Shown here: positions 63,066 to 64,000 of the stretch, piece by piece
Layout: each line of letters opens with the position of its first letter
How positions within the stretch are numbered: the first letter of the stretch is position 1
Translations under genes and position numbers: made by a program
The notes under the pieces: generated by a model
Databases searched by the model: none
What the model saw: the letters and a program-made list of their open reading frames with translations, nothing else
Told to the model about the DNA's origin: nothing
From: Nanobdellota archaeon
Lineage (GTDB): Archaea; Nanobdellota; Nanobdellia; Parvarchaeales; Parvarchaeaceae
DNA: 64,000 nucleotides
Assembly: GCA_021802105.1 (NCBI GenBank)
Contig: JAKAAW010000002.1
Span: 993 to 64,992, forward strand
Reading direction: 5' to 3'

Positions 63066-64000
63066 CTAATTTCTTGGCCCCTGGCCCCTGTTGTTGTGTC
63101 CGGGTCTTCCGTGCCTACTATGGCCGAAACTCTGTCTCCTGCCACCACCATAGCTATCTCTCGCGCCGCCGCGGCCGAAACCGGGATGCCCGAATCTGCG
63201 CGTGCCGTACATCGGCATTCTTGGTCTCTCGTGCTCGGGAAATCTGCCCCTGTAACTCTCAATATCCAGACTTATCTTCTCGAATTTTATGTTGGCGATG
63301 GCCTCGATATCAAATAGCATGTATCTTTGTCCCCCGCTTATTATCGTGACGGCCCTGCCGTTCTTTCCCATTCTGGCTGATCTACCAACCCTGTGTATGT
63401 ATACGTTCGGGTCCTTTGGGACGCCGAAATTTATAATGTCTGTTATATCCGCAATGTCGAGGCCCCTCGCGGCTACGTTGGTCGCAATAAGGAACTGTAT
63501 GTTCTGTCTAAATTTCGACAAGGAATGCTCCCTCTTAGACTGACTAAGACCTCCATGAAGAAGAGCAACGTTATAACCACCATCTTTCAGTGCGAAATAC
63601 ACTCTGTTAGCGTCCATCTTGCTCTCCACAAATATTATCGCTTTGTCCGGCTTGTAAACGTCTATATAAGCAGCAAGGGCAGCCATCCTGTCTTTGTAGT
63701 CGGCTACAGTGTACATGTGCGAAATCGTAGTTACTGTGATTTCCTCCTCTTTCCCGACCACTATATGGGATGGATTCTTCATATACTTCTCTGAGATCTT
63801 CACGACTGCTGTTGGCATAGTCGCAGAAAAAAGAAGTGTTTGCGATCTGTTGGTCAGTTTTGAGATTATGAATTCTATGTCCTCTATAAAGCCCATGTCA
63901 AGCATAGTGTCGGCTTCGTCCAGCACGAGATATTTGACGTCGGACGGCACTATCGCACGTCTCTCCATCATGTCTATTATCCTCCCCGGTGTACCTATTA
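63066..64000 (-). CDS. DEAD-box ATP-dependent RNA helicase (5' end outside the window) with an RGG-rich C-terminal tail
   Basis: GTPGRIID, VLDEAD, SAT (LFSATMP), ARGLDI, HRVGRSARMG. The tail reads GFGRGGARDSYGGGRRQSFG. The frame is open to the window edge. Confidence 0.9.
   Translation of the reverse strand, partial: IGTPGRIIDMMERRAIVPSDVKYLVLDEADTMLDMGFIEDIEFIISKLTNRSQTLLFSATMPTAVVKISEKYMKNPSHIVVGKEEEITVTTISHMYTVADYKDRMAALAAYIDVYKPDKAIIFVESKMDANRVYFALKDGGYNVALLHGGLSQSKREHSLSKFRQNIQFLIATNVAARGLDIADITDIINFGVPKDPNVYIHRVGRSARMGKNGRAVTIISGGQRYMLFDIEAIANIKFEKISLDIESYRGRFPEHERPRMPMYGTRRFGHPGFGRGGARDSYGGGRRQSFGHSRHGRPGHNNRGQGPRN

Noticed and set aside
1-64000. A search for tRNA, rRNA and CRISPR arrays: T-arm GGTTCRAAT-type strings, long GC-rich structured blocks, and regularly spaced direct repeats.
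   Set aside because: None was found by eye. The only regular tandem repeat is the in-frame 57-nt array inside the surface-protein gene. A tRNAscan/cmscan run is still advisable, since intron-containing or split archaeal tRNAs are easy to miss manually.

Overview
This is an AT-rich archaeal chromosomal window, most consistent with a Thermoplasmata/Thermoplasmatales-like euryarchaeon. The lineage call is inference from gene content only: eS6, aIF2-gamma, Alba, a Dph2-like protein, archaeal-type LeuRS, FtsZ-SecE and many N-glycosylation-sequon-rich surface proteins. Most of the window is ordinary core genome. It holds a translation and cell-division block (eS6, aIF2-gamma, PIN, Alba, FKBP, FtsZ, SecE), LeuRS, PRPP synthetase, NAD kinase and several MFS/DMT/ABC transporters. 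It also holds an alpha-glucan utilisation locus (GH13, sugar ABC transporter, GH15), a copper P1B-ATPase with TRASH domains, and a partial DEAD-box helicase at the right edge. Seven things stand out. (1) An accessory stretch of about 10.6 kb (about 20.2-30.9 kb) carries two RHH-MNT/HEPN toxin-antitoxin pairs plus a decayed HEPN fragment, a RelE-like pair, several unknown genes, a translationally coupled four-gene mercury-resistance operon of unusual composition, and decayed gene fragments; it contains two hyper-AT tracts. (2) A conserved intergenic element of about 50-107 nt is present in three copies at 2.4, 10.3 and 44.2 kb. (3) A nickel superoxide dismutase (sodN) sits with its maturation protease (sodX), which is unexpected in an archaeon. 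(4) The Dph2-like protein is N-terminally truncated. (5) An EF-Tu-like protein lacks a P-loop. (6) About 800 bp at 45.2-46.0 kb lacks convincing ORFs but is richer in GC and hairpins. (7) A disrupted HExxH metallopeptidase-like pseudogene is present. I found no rRNA, tRNA or CRISPR array by eye. Many long ORFs in the track are antisense shadows of real genes and were not called.
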